Positions 41,339 through 54,865 of a stretch of DNA of 64,000 nt are shown in pieces. Origin of the DNA: Chiloscyllium plagiosum (Eukaryota); the NCBI RefSeq assembly GCF_004010195.1, contig NC_057755.1, positions 149,042 through 213,041 of the forward strand, written 5' to 3'. The notes beneath the pieces were generated by a model. It was not told where the DNA came from and searched no databases. It saw only the letters and a list, made by a program, of their open reading frames with translations. Position 1 is the stretch's first letter. Every line of letters starts with the position of its first letter. The position numbers and the translations under genes were made by a program.

Positions 41339-43082
41339 ACGTCAAATCTCATGCGCCCCTGTATAGGGAAGATGACACGACCCTATGCATCTTTCCTCAA
41401 TACTGCAGTAATTTCCCCACACTAACACCATTCTGGTAAATCTCTGTTGCACTCTCCACAGAACAATTCTGTCCTCACTGCTCGGTGATGACCAGTACTG
41501 TGCACAAAACTGCATGTATGTGAGCCACCCTGTGTCTTGTATCATTTCAGTGTTGCAGGTTTGGCAGGGAGTGAGGGATTTTGTATTGTATTGGCTGTGC
41601 TGTAGAGTATAAGAGTAGTAACTTTGGGATGGGTAATATGGAATTACAACTCATTGCGGATGTCTGATATCAGGATCTGCGATATGTAATTAATCTGCAT
41701 GGATGTAGTTCGGCCCAATTTGTTTGAAGTGTGGCTCCGTTTGTCTGTTCCTCAGGAGTCAGTCGAAGCCTTTAATCGCCTCAATTCTATTCTGATGCCA
41801 GCTGATTAATTACAGAACAAGCCAGACCCGAGACAGAAATCCAGATTGATGAGTGATAACCTTATTTACATTAATTAGCAAACTGATCTCTTGCTGAATC
41901 ACAAACACATAATGCTGAAAACATTCTTTTTCACACCAAAACAGACGTTTATTGCAAAAGAAATTACAATAATTTAGAATAAATCAAATTACTTACTTAT
42001 AACGTAGACTCAAACAGAACGAATACAAAGTAAATGTATAATTCTTATTAACTTCAAAACAATGCATCAATGAAACAAAATGACACGACTTTTATATATT
42101 CAACAAAACAGACTCCTAATGCAGTTCAAAACAAAACAACCCTCATATAATAATCATATTAAAATCCCTGTTTCTATCATTTGGTTAAATGACTTGTGAC
42201 TACGACTTCTAGACTGGGACTGCATTTGGTTTCTTCCTGGAGCTACCACATATATGAGTGTCAATGTACGTGGAATTAAACATTATCTTCAGAGCTTATG
42301 TCTCGTCACAACACTTCTGTCTGGGACCAATACAGCACTTTCATTCCAAGACAATGTATTTTAATCAGACTCTCATCTCATTCACGTGAGCACAGAGCTA
42401 TGCATCCACTCATTTCCAGGTTCTTACAGGATTGAAAATAAATTACAAAAAAAAAATGATTGAAGTGAAAGTAAAGATTTCTCATTTATGGGTTTCTTCC
42501 TTAATCACAAATACCGGAACTAGCCAACAAATCATTCAGACTCCATTAATGCCATGCTGGATTGCAAGCATGAAAACTATAAAAAGGTTCACTGGTTGAC
42601 CAAGCCATTCAGCCCGTGGACAAATCTCAAACGTAACTATTAAAACGAATTGCTGTGAAAACAGAAATGCACTCACGTTGACGATTTGTTTCAAATGCAG
42701 TCAAGCCCACTGCTTATTCACTCAAAAAGCAGAACCAAACGAAAATTAAATATTATTGCAGTCTCTACATAAAAATACCACCGCTTATATTTTAACAAAG
42801 AAACTCCTTTTGTTAATTCCACCGAAATTCCCCGTCGTCCCGATTGAAATGGAGATTTCTGAAAGGTTCCCAGAAGTGGTGAATAATCCCCCAGGCAGTT
42901 CCTGTGGAATCTGCGGTGGTGGGGATTCCACGAGGTGTCTGTAACCTGAGATTAAATTTTTGATCGTCTGCCACTGTGTGATTTACAGGCAAAACATGTT
43001 CATGTACCATTGTTAGTGGCAGAGTGAACGCGCAGATAAGTCTCACGCAGATTCACACAAACTCAATGCTGCAGGCTCTTAC

Positions 43083-43149
43083 CAGGAATTGTTGCAAATG
43101 GAAGAATCGTGTAAAATATCGTCCACACATGATAAAATGAAAACGTCAT
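43083..43149 (-). CDS. GPCR coding exon 1 (MTFSFYHVWTIFYTILPFATIP-G)
   Basis: ATG in AAAATG context, 22 codons plus 1 nt, then donor CCTG|GTAAG. Phase 1 matches the exon-2 acceptor and restores TM1 ...TIP-V-NLL. Confidence 0.82.
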
Positions 43150-43223
43150 TTTCTGCCCGAATCTCTTTGCGCAGGCAATCTGTCTGCACTCAATACCGAG
43201 GTGATGCAATCACAAGGCCTTTC

Positions 43224-43230
43224 ATTTATA
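43224..43230 (-). promoter_or_regulatory. Candidate TATA box of the GPCR gene
   Basis: TATAAAT on the minus strand about 75 bp upstream of the ATG at 43149. Confidence 0.6.
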
Positions 43231-43419
43231 CCTGCTGGCATCGCCTGGAGGATTCTTGCATTACAATGTGGTTCGATGCATTTATTTAAGAATTTTAACA
43301 AGCAATTCACAGTGGTGAGTTAACTCCCACTTGTGTTGGAGTATTTTTAGAATTGAGGATTACTGGATGATACAAATCTTAATCGGTCAATAGCAAACTT
43401 TGGAAAATGCATGTGGAAT

Positions 43420-43550
43420 AAAATCATAGAATGCATACAATGTGGAAGAGGGTCAATGGGCCCTTCGAAACCAAAACGACCCTGAAAAGAGTATCGCACC
43501 CAAGTCCACGCGCGGGCAGCCGGGATAATCACTGAACCACCATGCCACCC
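43420..43550 (-). mobile_element. Internally deleted HE1-like SINE
   Basis: Tail ATCATAGAATGCATACAATGTGGAA...GGCCCTTCG and head CACTGAACCACCATGCCACCC resemble 51340-51690. Confidence 0.55.
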
Positions 43551-44669
43551 TATATATCAGCATTGATGCTCCAACACTATCTATCACACTTTGCAATCTT
43601 ATTTTATTTCAATGTCATCATTTCCTTGCCTTTGACCATTTAGAAAATTTATTCTAGTTGTTGAGTGTCTCTCAAAGAAATGTGCTCCTCAACACTGAGC
43701 TGTAGTTTCCCTGGTTATTAGCGGCTATTCTGTGAAGTGATGATAGTTGGTGAATGGAAACTACACATTTTTTTTTTTTAGTAAATCCAACATCCCAACA
43801 GAATTCCTCACTTTGCATGGGTACAGTTTCTGAATCGAATATAACTTCTCCAATTAAGACAATAATTGAATTACGTAAACCAACTGAGTGAAAAATACAC
43901 TTTACGGTTACATAAGCTCCAATCAGTACAGATTATCCTACCAGGATAAGACTGTTCTGGACATGTTTCAGACCTGACTCTGAGGCACGGACAATCTGAA
44001 CAGCAGCGCATGGGGATGTACAGAAAAGAAACCTGAAACATCTGACTGATGATGAGCTGCAACTGCTCCAAGTGAGATGGTGGAGTGAGGGCAGGGAGGG
44101 ATTTGTGCACATAAGGGTGCAGTAATGTCAAATTCTGGAAATGTTTGAGTGTGTCACTGTTGTCCATGACGTCTGTAGTGATGGGGAAATGTGACTTATT
44201 GTGAAAAATGATAAAGGACAGAGAGAAGGAATAAATGTGCCATTTTCATGTTGTCAGGCTGGTATTAGTGAGTCCCACAAGGATGATTACTCCACAAACA
44301 ATCATTTATAATCTCTAGCAATGACTGTGATGATAGGAGCATGTGCAACGTCTGTTGATAGCACAATGGTAGGTGGAACAGTTAAAGACAAGGAGGACAC
44401 AGGAGCGCTGATAAAGGGAAGGACAGGTTCATTGAGTGAATAAGCATAGAACTCCGAGGTGTTCTTCATTCATTTCAGTCTTAGACAGACTTCAAGCCAT
44501 CTATAAACTATTAGATGCTTATCCTAGTCTTACATTAAGAGATATCAGATAGCCTTTCCGTCAATTCATTGCCAGCAGTTTCCATTATTCTCTTGAAAAC
44601 TGTACTCATCTCAGAACCTCCTAAATTTGAAGAATTCAGACATGTGTGTGCATCATTTCAGTCCCTCAT

Positions 44670-45960
44670 TAGTGAACGCTTGCTGACTGAGCGAATCTAC
44701 CAGAACCATCAGTCCTGACTAAGCAGAATGCAGGGTGGTGTATTGTCTCAACAGTGCCTCGGGTCGAGAACGTGACAGAACAACATCAGGTAATATTGGG
44801 GTGTGGGGTTTTCTGGGGTGGGACAGCAGCAGGAGCGGGAACGTGTGGAAAGTGAAGAACCCATGGTCCGAGTGCATATTTACACCGACAAATTCTGGGA
44901 TCGAAATCACTCTCCAGAGGACAGCATCATGTAATTAATCATTCGCTATTTGCAAATGCATCGCTTTTCACAGGAGTCTTCTTCAGTGTCAGCTATTTGG
45001 CATCTCACTATCCCTGAAATTCATCTTTCTTTTAAATTTCAGACAGGGCTACCTGATTGGATCAGGTTCGCAGCCCTAATTTGGGAACTCATACCCTATG
45101 ATATCCAGCTGGCTAATCCCAGGGCAATAACAGGCAGCTATGAATCTTCATCAGTAAAATGCAGAATATCGGGCAAGAAATTGAAAAGCTGATCCCCCAT
45201 TACGCTGAGTACACATTAGGTCCATGAACATGTGGCTGAAAGCATTGGTTCCAGGAAGAAGGGTTTTAGATGTCTCGATGTTTGGCGAGGTTTCTCGGCC
45301 TGGTGTGATCTGAATACATTGGAAACATGGGTTTTGATTTAATTGGATGGCGAATGATACTCTTTTGGGGAAACATACTCTCGCTATTGTGAAATATTTG
45401 TTCAATCTTGTCAGAGTTTTGGGAACTTGAAAAAAAAGCACAGTTAGCAGGGAAATGGCCACTTGAAGGAGGAAATCTGTGAGTGAAAGAGAAAGGCCAC
45501 AAAAAGACATTCTGGATCGATGAAGACGTTCTCTTTCAGAATTCCAATCTACAGGTCAAACCCTCCTCTTACATGCCTCACAAATTCAGGGACAGAGTTC
45601 TTTCTGATGTCTTACTTTCTCATTTTTAGGATATCCCAAGATTGTATCCAATAGGTCATACACATCCTGTCAACGTCCCACATTTTTTTGTTATTTGTGA
45701 CTATGCTTGCTTCACGTGGACAGAAATAGATCATTTTAAGGACTAACCTATTCCATCTCACAAGTTTGAATTGATGTGCAACAAGTTAATTTACTTTCTC
45801 TAAAACGTACAGACACAATGCAGTAGTATGAATTTACAATATTAATACAGAGGGAAGATTGATTTTAAAATGCTTGAATTGTATATTAAAGTGGAGAATG
45901 AAGAATTGGACTCTAAAATTCGGATGCTGAATCTAAATAATGAAGTAATGGATTGAGGAA
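44670..45960 (+). mobile_element. Ancient CR1 remnant (ORF1 esterase region to ORF2 start); GPCR-unit upstream block
   Basis: TGGTTCCAGGAAGAAGGGTTTTAGA (WCR.EGFRF-like) and MLELYIKVENEELDSKIRMLNLN. Paralogous to 2215-3520 and 16885-19350. Confidence 0.65.
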
Positions 45961-46019
45961 CCTTAGAGAAGAGGTTCTCGTTATATTGATATCTGCTAAA
46001 AAGGAAGCAATTCCTGAAT

Positions 46020-47640
46020 GGTTTGCAGCACTGATTCAGCTGCCTCCAGGTCAACAATGTTACAGGAAAGGCGATGGGAGCAGCCCTGCCTGACTATCGA
46101 TTAATGAAGAAGCTTTCTGTTTCCCACCCATTGATTGAGGCTGCACGAATAATGCTGGTGGACAGCAGTCGGATTCATTGGTGGAATCCCTCCACAAAGC
46201 CTAACTTTGAGAGAATATCCTTCAAGAATGTGTGAGAGATCCTGTCAAGGACATCCTTATGCAGGCTGATGAGGCGGGTTTCTGACTCCCCTGTCCTGCA
46301 TGGAGGCGATTCTGTCCTTAAGAATTGTGAGGCTGCCCGTACAGATCAGATCTGTTCGGGGTGAATCACTGACCCCAAAGCAGAACTGAGCCGGTTGGTG
46401 ATGACCTTATTCAAGAAATTTTAATTTACATTGAGCAATGAAGTGGGTCGTCAGTCGTCCTCTCCCCCTTCTGATTGTAGGTGAGGGGGATGACACCTGT
46501 CCTCATGGGTTCACACTGACTACCTGTCAGAAGCCTACTGTTGTCCACTTCAAGCAGGTCCTGGCCAAGCAGGTCTGACACAGTTTAAACAACTAAGTTG
46601 GTAAGCTGTCACTTCCTGGTGTCTTACTCGTTTTTAAGGACTCGAGGGTCTTGGTCAGCACATCCAGAAATAACGGTTGCAGCAACCTCCCCCATGTGCT
46701 TTCGTCTAAGACCTACATGACAGGGAGCAATGACTGGGAGGTTGCACTCTCTGTGGGCTTCGTGCCATGCAGTCTGACATAAAAGGATTTGCTGATCCTC
46801 AGGATTCAGGCTCAGATAACGCTACAGATCCATCTTCTCCCTTCAGGCTCTGAGCACATAGCTCTCTCTGTGCAACCATTCAAAGACCAAACGTGACCAC
46901 GCCTCCTCCTGCTCCACAATGTGAACCCTGGACTTAGAAAGCATCTTGGAGGCGTCTGAGATAAAGGGTGCGGGTTCCTGGCTGTCCACTTCCTGAATAC
47001 CTTCCATGACATCAACCTCTATCGTCTACATGATATGAAGATTCTGCAAACGTTTCTGGAGTTTTTACATTCTCCCCGTTTCTCTCTCACCTTCAGAAGA
47101 CTTTCGACAGAAAGGTCCTCCAGATGTTCCGCTTGACGGTTTCCCATAAGTCAAAGGGTGACTCAAACTGGGGCTTCACGTTTCTCCAGCCGATGGTAAC
47201 CCTGTTGAATCCTCCATATTTTCTGGGATCAGCAGTTTCACATTCAGTTTCCACGTTCCATTGTAGAGCAGTGGTCAGTGAAGAACACCAGCTTGGCATT
47301 GTTGAATTTGTCCGAAACCAATCCCAGCCTCTCTAGTCTCACTTGACGTGTGAATCACTCTAGTCCTGGTGAACCTCGCTCGTAAAATTCTTCCTGAATT
47401 TTGTTTTAAGAAGGCTGCATTGGCAAGCTCCTGAGTCCATTTGATTCGAATCACCAGGCCGGGCACATCCTTCTTTTCCCTTGGCTAATCTTCATCATCA
47501 ACTTCTGCTCCTGTGGCGGCGAACTTGGAGGAATATGGCATCAATAGTATCTGCAGCAGCAGCATTGCGGACCTGGAACAGGAATCTCGGCATCGGTAGT
47601 CACTATGGTAGACCTTGGTTCATTATCCAAAATTTTCTTG
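46020..47640 (-). mobile_element. Tx1/L1-clade LINE ORF2 fragment (endonuclease end to RT)
   Basis: WRNVKPQFESPFDLWETVKRNI and downstream RT-like segments. A longer paralog of 19350-20150. Confidence 0.8.
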
Positions 47641-47864
47641 ATTGATTACATTGAACTGGTCTTAATGAAACCATGGAACTGAGATATAAACCGAGGAAGC
47701 ACTGCCAAATTCAATCAGGCCAGACAGATGCACACGCCTTCAACTTGATTGAACGTGGAATAGGTTGTTGATGAGACATTGCTCCAATATTTTAAGTATC
47801 CAATACAGTTTTACATTATATTCTTCCTGCGATAGAAACTAAATTTAACTTAAGCTAATTACAT

Positions 47865-49106
47865 TGTTATGTCAAACAGCTGCTACGCCACTGCTATCAG
47901 AAATTACCTGGATAACTGACGAGAAGAAGGTCAGAAATCAAACAAAAGTTTCTGATTTCAAGTAAACTGATTGGACGACAACCTGGTGTTGTGTGACTTG
48001 GGACTTAGCCATCCAGGTTCAACGCCAGCACCTCCACATCAAAGATAAATAAGCCACTTAAGTCAGACAGATCTCACACAATCTCCAGACAATATCAGGA
48101 CAAAGAAGCAGGAAGCTTGGGAGTATAAGGAAAAGCCACAAGTCCAGTTTGATGAGTTATAATTGGGAATTTTAAATAAGGGTGTGGGCATAGACATTTC
48201 AGCCTGGCATGTTGCTGGGAATAGTGGAGGAAAAGACTGATTTTTAAAGGTTTTGTGTGTGTGTGTATATGTATATATAAAATATATATATATATTATAT
48301 ATATATAAAACCACGTCTCACTCTTAGTGTAAAATAAGGTCCACCAAGCAAGTAGATCAGTCCATTCTGATATGGAGGTGTAGGTACATACTCTTCCTTT
48401 AAGGGAGACTGTAACTTTAAGAGACACTGGAAGCTGGCATGGACTTAGAGTGGCACTGGTTGTGCTAATAATTTAAAATGTAACATTTGACTGTGAAACC
48501 AATAATTCTGTTCAGTTGCCATGGTATGCAACAAATATTAATTTGGTCAATCAGTTTACATTATGCCCCAAGATACCAAACTTAAATCCAAATTGAATTT
48601 AGTGTTTTTATGGCATCAAACCAATGAAATGATCTGATGCTTTGGAGTATAAAACCGGGTTTTTGAATATTTGGGAGAGAACAGAACAGAAAAGAACAGG
48701 CGCAAGCACCAAAAGACTGCGAGCTGAATAACTCTCTGAAAGGTACCTGTTCATAAGAAATTTGTGCAGCAAAACACCAAAGCTGATCTAGAGAATTCGA
48801 CAAATAAATTTCGACATCCAAAGAAGTCAACTGCAATTAAAAGTGATTTGCCATAAAGTTATAATACATTTATTAGACCATTACAGAGGAGTGGGAGGTA
48901 AAATGTAGGTTTAAGAGAATGGAGTTCTAAATAGTCTTTTTAATGTTTTGTGTCAGACTTAAAGAATAAAATTGTTAATTTTTACTTGGAGTAGTGAAAT
49001 CTGGGATAGATGTTTGCCTCTCGAACTTGAACACATTATGGTGCGAGGTGAGCTTCTCTGTGTGTCGGCTTTACATTAGCACAAGGGTTTAGCTCATGTC
49101 GTAACA
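47865..49106 (+). mobile_element. Probable solo LTR with nested Penelope-type fragment (about 47915-48040) and (TG)n(TA)n microsatellite (48255-48305)
   Basis: TGTTATG...CGTAACA termini, CCAAT at 48621, TATAAAA at 48648 and AATAAA at about 48965. Similar to 52478-53210. No clean TSD, so the 5' end is uncertain. Confidence 0.6.
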
Positions 49107-49329
49107 ATACAGAAATGAAACGTAAAATGGATATTGTCAATGGTTACAGACAAATGTCCAACATATTGATTAATCATTTTGCCTTAGCATTTTCGAGGAA
49201 AATAAAATCAACAAAATTTTCAGTCATGTTCTTTTGGGAAGTAAATTGTCATCCTTATCTAGTCTAGCCTATGTGTAACTCTGGACCGACAGCAATGTGG
49301 TTGACTCTTGACTGCTGTCAGGGTTGGGC

Positions 49330-49870
49330 AAAAATCGTCTGAGACAGACGTTACACTGCAGTTGTACAAAGGGTCGGTTTTCACTTGGAGAACTGTGAGC
49401 AGATTCAGGCACAACACCTTAAAAAGGACATATTGGCCTTTGATAGGGTATGATGTCCATTTACAAGAATTATACCTATAGTTTAGGAGCTCAGTTATAG
49501 ACTGATACTGGACAATTTAGTGTCTTGTTTCTTAACAATTGAGCAGAGAGTGTGTTTAGAGGTAAACTATTTCCACTGTTTGGGGTTTCGAACACAACGG
49601 ACATACTCTGAGAAATAGGGCCATTGTGTTGCGGAGAGATGTTTGGTAGCACTTCCACACAAAAAAGGTGGGGGATGTTGAGTCCTTTCTTCCACGAAAG
49701 ACAGTAGGTGCTGGATTCATTATTTATTTTCACTCTGCGACAGATTTGTTTTTTCGTTAAACATAGATAATAAGGGATAAGGTTCAAATACAGGTGAATG
49801 GAGTTAGACTACAGAACAGCCATTGAATGTCAGAACAAGCTCACGGGGGTTGAATGGCCTGCTGTTATTT
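49330..49870 (+). mobile_element. Degraded CR1 3' fragment, preceded by a SacSINE1-like piece at 49230-49325
   Basis: CTGCAGTTGTACAAAGGG...AAAAAGGACATATTGGCCTT and tail GGGTTGAATGGCCT. Confidence 0.7.
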
Positions 49871-50729
49871 TCCTATTCATCTCCTCCTACAGCCTACCCA
49901 AGGCATTGATATCCTTCCTAAAGTGTGGTGTTCAGGAGTGCGCAGACCTCAATTTTAACGCAATACGAGCCATTCGCTTTTCAAGAGTACAATTCCTATC
50001 TGTTTCTCCCAACTGTGACTAAAACGGTGAATTATAAAGGTGTGATAGCATTTCCCTTCCCTTTATATTCTAATTCGGTTTTGTAAAGATTATTTTAGAC
50101 AAACCTGCTCAACCAATCAATTTCCGAAAAGAAATGTTCACCTCCAAGTCTTGATGTTATCATCTCCCCTCCAGAATTGAGTCAGTTAACTTGTATTGCC
50201 TTCCTTTATCAAAAAGAATAAAGCTTTCACACTCCCTTCATTATCTGCCATTTGCCTGCCCGTTTTACAGTTTAGTGATATAAAGTTTATCTAGAAATAT
50301 CCAACGAATGGACAGTGAATAGTTGCAATATCTGGAATACTGCACGGTGCCTTCATTTAAAATATTGCTCAGCGGGGAGGACAGAAAGGCAGAGACGTAA
50401 TAAATTTCACTGACATTTTATTATTATTTTTATTTCAAAGGACGAAGCATTGCTTAGTTTTCAATGATGGAATGAGTGTGCTATTGGCATAGGTATACCC
50501 AGCAACGCTGGAAAAGGAGAACGGTGGAACAGGTGGCTATTCAACTCTGATTTCTCTCTACAAATGCTGTTAGGAATGCTGAGGTTTTCCAGGAATTTCT
50601 GCTTTGTTTCTGGTTGAGAGCATCCGTAGTTCTTCCAGTTTTTATTCAGTTCCTTCTCCAGCCTTCCACACAGCAGGAGATCATTGAGCAGTTGGAGGTG
50701 ATGGCCGAGTGGGATTCTCACTGTACTAC

Positions 50730-51005
50730 TCATCCAACCAACCAAGCCATCTTCTTGGGGCATGGTTTCAAATCGCACTGTCGTAGATGATGGAATTTGA
50801 ATTCAATGAATGTCCGCAATTTAAGAGTCCAATGGTGAACTCAAGTCGCTTGTCTGTTCGGTAAAGCCTTTTCAAGAGGGAAACGACCATCCTTACCTGG
50901 TCAGGAATGCATCTGACTCCAGAACTTCAACCATGTGGTTGACACTTAACAGCTTCGAGGCAATTATGGATAGGCAATAATAAATACTGGCAGCAAACAT
51001 CCCAA
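50730..51005 (+). mobile_element. SacSINE1/DeuSINE-like SINE; another copy at 59360-59615
   Basis: GGAATTTGAATTCAAT...CCATCCTTACCTGGTC...TGACTCCAGA...ATGTGGTTGAC...GGCAATTATGGATAGGCAATAA. Confidence 0.65.
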
Positions 51006-51339
51006 TATCACCTCTCACCGAAATTGAGTAAAGCTGGAAATAGTCTCCATTACCCTGTATTTATTCATTTCTAACGTCTTCTATTTGTTCCACTCCATTT
51101 CCCTGAATTTAAGCGTTTATGTTTCCCTGTATGCAAATCTTTCCCTGTTCATCGTACTCTGATAACTTTTATGTAACCATACTCCTCATTCTCTCCACAT
51201 TTCTGTGTCTTTCAACTTCTTTCTCTCTGTATTTAAGCCTCTCCCTGTTAGCCTGTATTTAAGCCATTGTCATAAATCATTCCTCTCTAATCGCTGCCCT
51301 GTCTTTAACCCTCTTCCTATTACTCTGTAATTAGTAAAT

Positions 51340-51690
51340 AATAGAATGCCTACATTGTGAAAACACGCCCTTCAGCCCAACAAATTCTCACCAACCCTCT
51401 GAAGAGCATCAAACCCAAATCCATTTCACTGCCCTTTTACACAACATTTACCCTGATTAATGTACCTCACGAACACATCCCTGAATACCATGTGTAAATT
51501 AGCATGGCCCATTTATCTAAGCTGCACAGCTTTGTATTATGGGCGGAAACTGGAACATCTGGAGGGAACCCACTCAGACAGGGGGAGAATGTGAAAATTC
51601 CACATAGGCAGTCGCCCGAGTCTGGGTTCGCATCCGGCTTCCGGGAGCTATGAAGGCAACACTGGAAAACTCTGAGCCACCCTGCATCCT
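51340..51690 (-). mobile_element. HE1-like tRNA-derived V-SINE
   Basis: GGAAACTGGAACATCTGGAGGGAACCCACTCAGACAGGGGGAGAATGTGAAAATTCCACA (V-domain), with a CR1-like tail and tRNA-like head. Confidence 0.85.
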
Positions 51691-52477
51691 ATCCTATTCC
51701 TCTTTAATAATCCTGTCATTATCCGCTCTTGCTCCTAGCCTGTATTTAACCACCTCTCTCTCACCCTGTTTTCCATCCTCTTCCTGTTAATATCTATTTA
51801 ATCAGCCCATATTATTCTACACAACTACACTCCACTGAGCCTGCTCCATTTAAACCCCACCCATCACAATATTTAACCATCTCTGTATTCAGCTTTCTCC
51901 CCATTGTTCTCTGATTAGCCCACTCACTATTACTTTCTACTTAATGCCCTCAATTATCCGATTCAAACCTCGTCTCATTAGTCTGTTCATATTATTGTCT
52001 GCTACTCTGTATTAACTCCCTTCCCTTTCCCCTGCACTTAGCTGTCACCCTGCTCGACGATATTCAACACCCTCCCTATTATTTTCTATTTTCTCCTCTC
52101 CCTTTTACTCTGTTAAACTCTCTTCCCTTCCACGTAAGCGAACTCACCCTGCAGTTACTCATACATAGTATGTCACCCTGACCTAGCTGGTTACTGGAGT
52201 GTGCTGAAACCCTCACATTCCTCTGTATATCTCTCAGCCAGGACTCCTCAGTGGGCTTGGTTAACAGTCCTAATCAAGGAACTCATATTCAATGAGATCT
52301 ACCTCACTGCAATTCCCACAGCTTCCACTGTATTTGCTCTCTCTCCGTGCCCCTGCAATCAACACACTTCCTTCACCTGTATGTTCTTCTCCTCCATTAC
52401 TTTGTATTAAATCCTTTCCCTTTTCTGTCTTCAACTCTCTCCCAGTTACCCTGTTTTCAATGTTCGCGTATTACCCT

Positions 52478-53210
52478 TATGGGATTTGAAGGCATGCATT
52501 ATACCTTGGAGAGAAAGAAAAAGCTTTTGAGGTGGCAAGACTTTACAGACACCTGTTAAGTGAATATTTCGCATTATCAGAGTATACTGGAAAATTAGAG
52601 GTATGTTACATCTGGCTGCTATGTTAAAATTTAACCAAGAAGTGTTCATGATGCCCAAGAATTACAAACCCCAATCGATTTTGAATGTTACGGTTTTGAC
52701 AACATTGAACCAATGACAAGATGGATGCCTGGGGTATAAACAAGCCGGAATTTTGGACAGTTAGCCAGAGAGAGCGACCATCCGCCATCATCAGAGTATC
52801 TGGTTGCAAAATACTCTCTATCAAAAGTTCCTTTTCATATGAAGCAGCTTTGCCTCAAAAGACCGAAGAAGATGCATGGAATTTTTCAGCTGAAAGAAGA
52901 TAGACACAGACGGCTGCTGTCTGACTTCGAAGATTAGGTTGACACAATTTAAAGAGGGACTTTTATTTGATCAAAATATTGTCACAGATTTGAAGGTAAT
53001 TCACAGGCTTTTAACAGAAAGGAGGCTTAGACTTGTATATAGTTGTGTAGAATTCACTTTTAGAGGTAAATGATAAAATTGATATTTTTCTTTAATTCGT
53101 GGAATTTGGGACATTCTCTGTCACTCATACATTAACTGCTTATGAGGCGAGGTGACCTTTTTCTCTGTGTTGGCTTAATTAGCAGAAGGGTTCACCACTG
53201 TATCATAAAA
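52478..53210 (+). mobile_element. Probable solo LTR related to 47865-49106
   Basis: CCAATGA...GATGCCTGGGGTATAAA and the terminal GCGAGGTGA...TTAGCAGAAGGGTT...TCATAA are shared with the other copy. Confidence 0.6.
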
Positions 53211-54829
53211 CTCTCCATTCCATCGTCTCTATTCCCTTGTATTGAACTCTCTTCAAGTTACTCTCTGGTTAATACTCTCCGTGCTTTTGGTATTAAATCG
53301 TTTCCGTTTCCCCATAGTTAACACTTTCCTCACTCAATTACAAACCATCTTGTTCCAATAAAACTCAATTTAAGCATTTCTCTGTGAGTTTGCATTCAAT
53401 CCCATCCCGTTATGCTTTATTTTACCCTCTCGCTATTACTTTCTCTTTAAACTTTCTATTATTATTGCCTATTTAATCCGATGACTATCATTCTGCATTG
53501 AATTCTCTCCCTGTCACAATCTTTAGTCCCTTCTATAACTCTCTCTATCTTCCCGTGATGCTTTTCAATTTTTGTTTTCCTTTCCAGAATGTGTGTTCCC
53601 CACACAATAACCAGAGATCGAGTGTCCCTGCTAAATCATTTATCATAACTGCTAACACGTGATCGCCGCTGCTGTGTGTTACCGCCTCTCTGGCTGGCGC
53701 TGGAATTGAAAATGTTCCCAAAGCACCGGAGGGGCTCAGCAGCAAACCACACGTCAGACAACATGTTGCTGATCGGGATGAGGCAGGCATGACTTCAACA
53801 TATACTATTATTTACATAATAAAAGCAACTGCTCTGATATACAACAAAAATTATGTGCAAAGTGGAACAGTCACAATACAAAGTAATATTCATGGAAATA
53901 AACTGAAACAGTTCCAATTCACAACTTCTATATACAAAATGAAACAGCTCCAGTACATTTCAATATTTACATCTCGATATGAACCGGTCCACTCTGCAAT
54001 ATTAAAATATGAACACGAACAGTTCGAATGCACAGCTGTTATACACAATATGAACCATTTTATAACAGCTTCAAGACTGATGTATAAACGTAAATGCTTC
54101 AGAAACACAAAATTATTTAAATATAAACATGTGCAACTGCAACACACATCAATGATTATATATAATAGAAAATACAAAATTGTTTGTTCAGAGATAAACC
54201 AATACGTATATACAAGCATGAACAGCTCAGAAACCAAATAGGAATTGAATACGAAGATGAATGCTTTTCAGACACAACTACATTTATCTTTACAAATGAG
54301 TAAATATCTTAAATATATTTACATATAAATTGGAACAGCTCAAATCATACAAAAAGTAGTCGATCAGCACAGAAAAAGTTACACTGCACAGAGTAAGAGA
54401 TATTACACACCAACCTGCAAGAACTGGCAGACACCTTTTATACATATACACAAAACCCCTTAAAAACAGTTACTGAACCATAACCACAATGAGGTATAGA
54501 CAGGGAACAACACTCAGAAACAAACAGAGACAAAACCATAGAGGAACACAGAGAAATCTGCTGGGGGTAGGAAGATATTGACACACGGACAAACAGCCAA
54601 GCACAGTCTGAACAACACACTCACCTGCTTAAACAAGAGCACAGACAGACAGAGCCACACCTTCCATTCCTCAATAATACACCAACAGTCAGAGATTCTC
54701 CCACATACAGTCAAGGAACCACCGTGTCATGCTGACGTCAACACACACACACAATTCGAGACACAGACAGAGAGTGACGTCGCCACAAAAAGCAATAAAA
54801 CATGCCTGAAGAACATGCCTGAATAAAAC

Positions 54830-54865
54830 ATTCCTGAAGAAGGGCCTGTGCCCGAAACGTCGAAT
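54830..54865 (+). ncRNA. Minimal type I hammerhead ribozyme motif (Penelope-associated)
   Basis: ATTC-CTGAAGA-A-GGGC(CTGT)GCCC-GAAA-C-GTC-GAAT. Stem I is ATTC/GAAT, the core CUGANGA and GAAA is intact, stem II is 4 bp, ACGT is palindromic in place of stem III, and the cleavage triplet is GUC. Confidence 0.8.

Larger units (their letters stand above)
51040..53560. repeat. Highly degenerate pyrimidine-rich minisatellite (about 26-30 bp, CTCTCCCTATTACTCTGTATTTAACC-like) interrupted by a SINE and an LTR
   Basis: Recurrent CTGTATTTAA and TATTACTCT motifs. Confidence 0.7.

Noticed and set aside
26055..43149. Assigning the symbol GPR139
   Set aside because: It is a divergent multicopy paralog, and orthology cannot be established without a phylogeny.
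47861..49110. Target-site duplication for the putative solo LTR
   Set aside because: The flanks ACAT and ATAC do not match, so the boundaries remain tentative.
51040..54350. Periodic repeats as a CRISPR-like array
   Set aside because: Eukaryotic context, degenerate units without constant repeats or unique spacers, and no cas genes.
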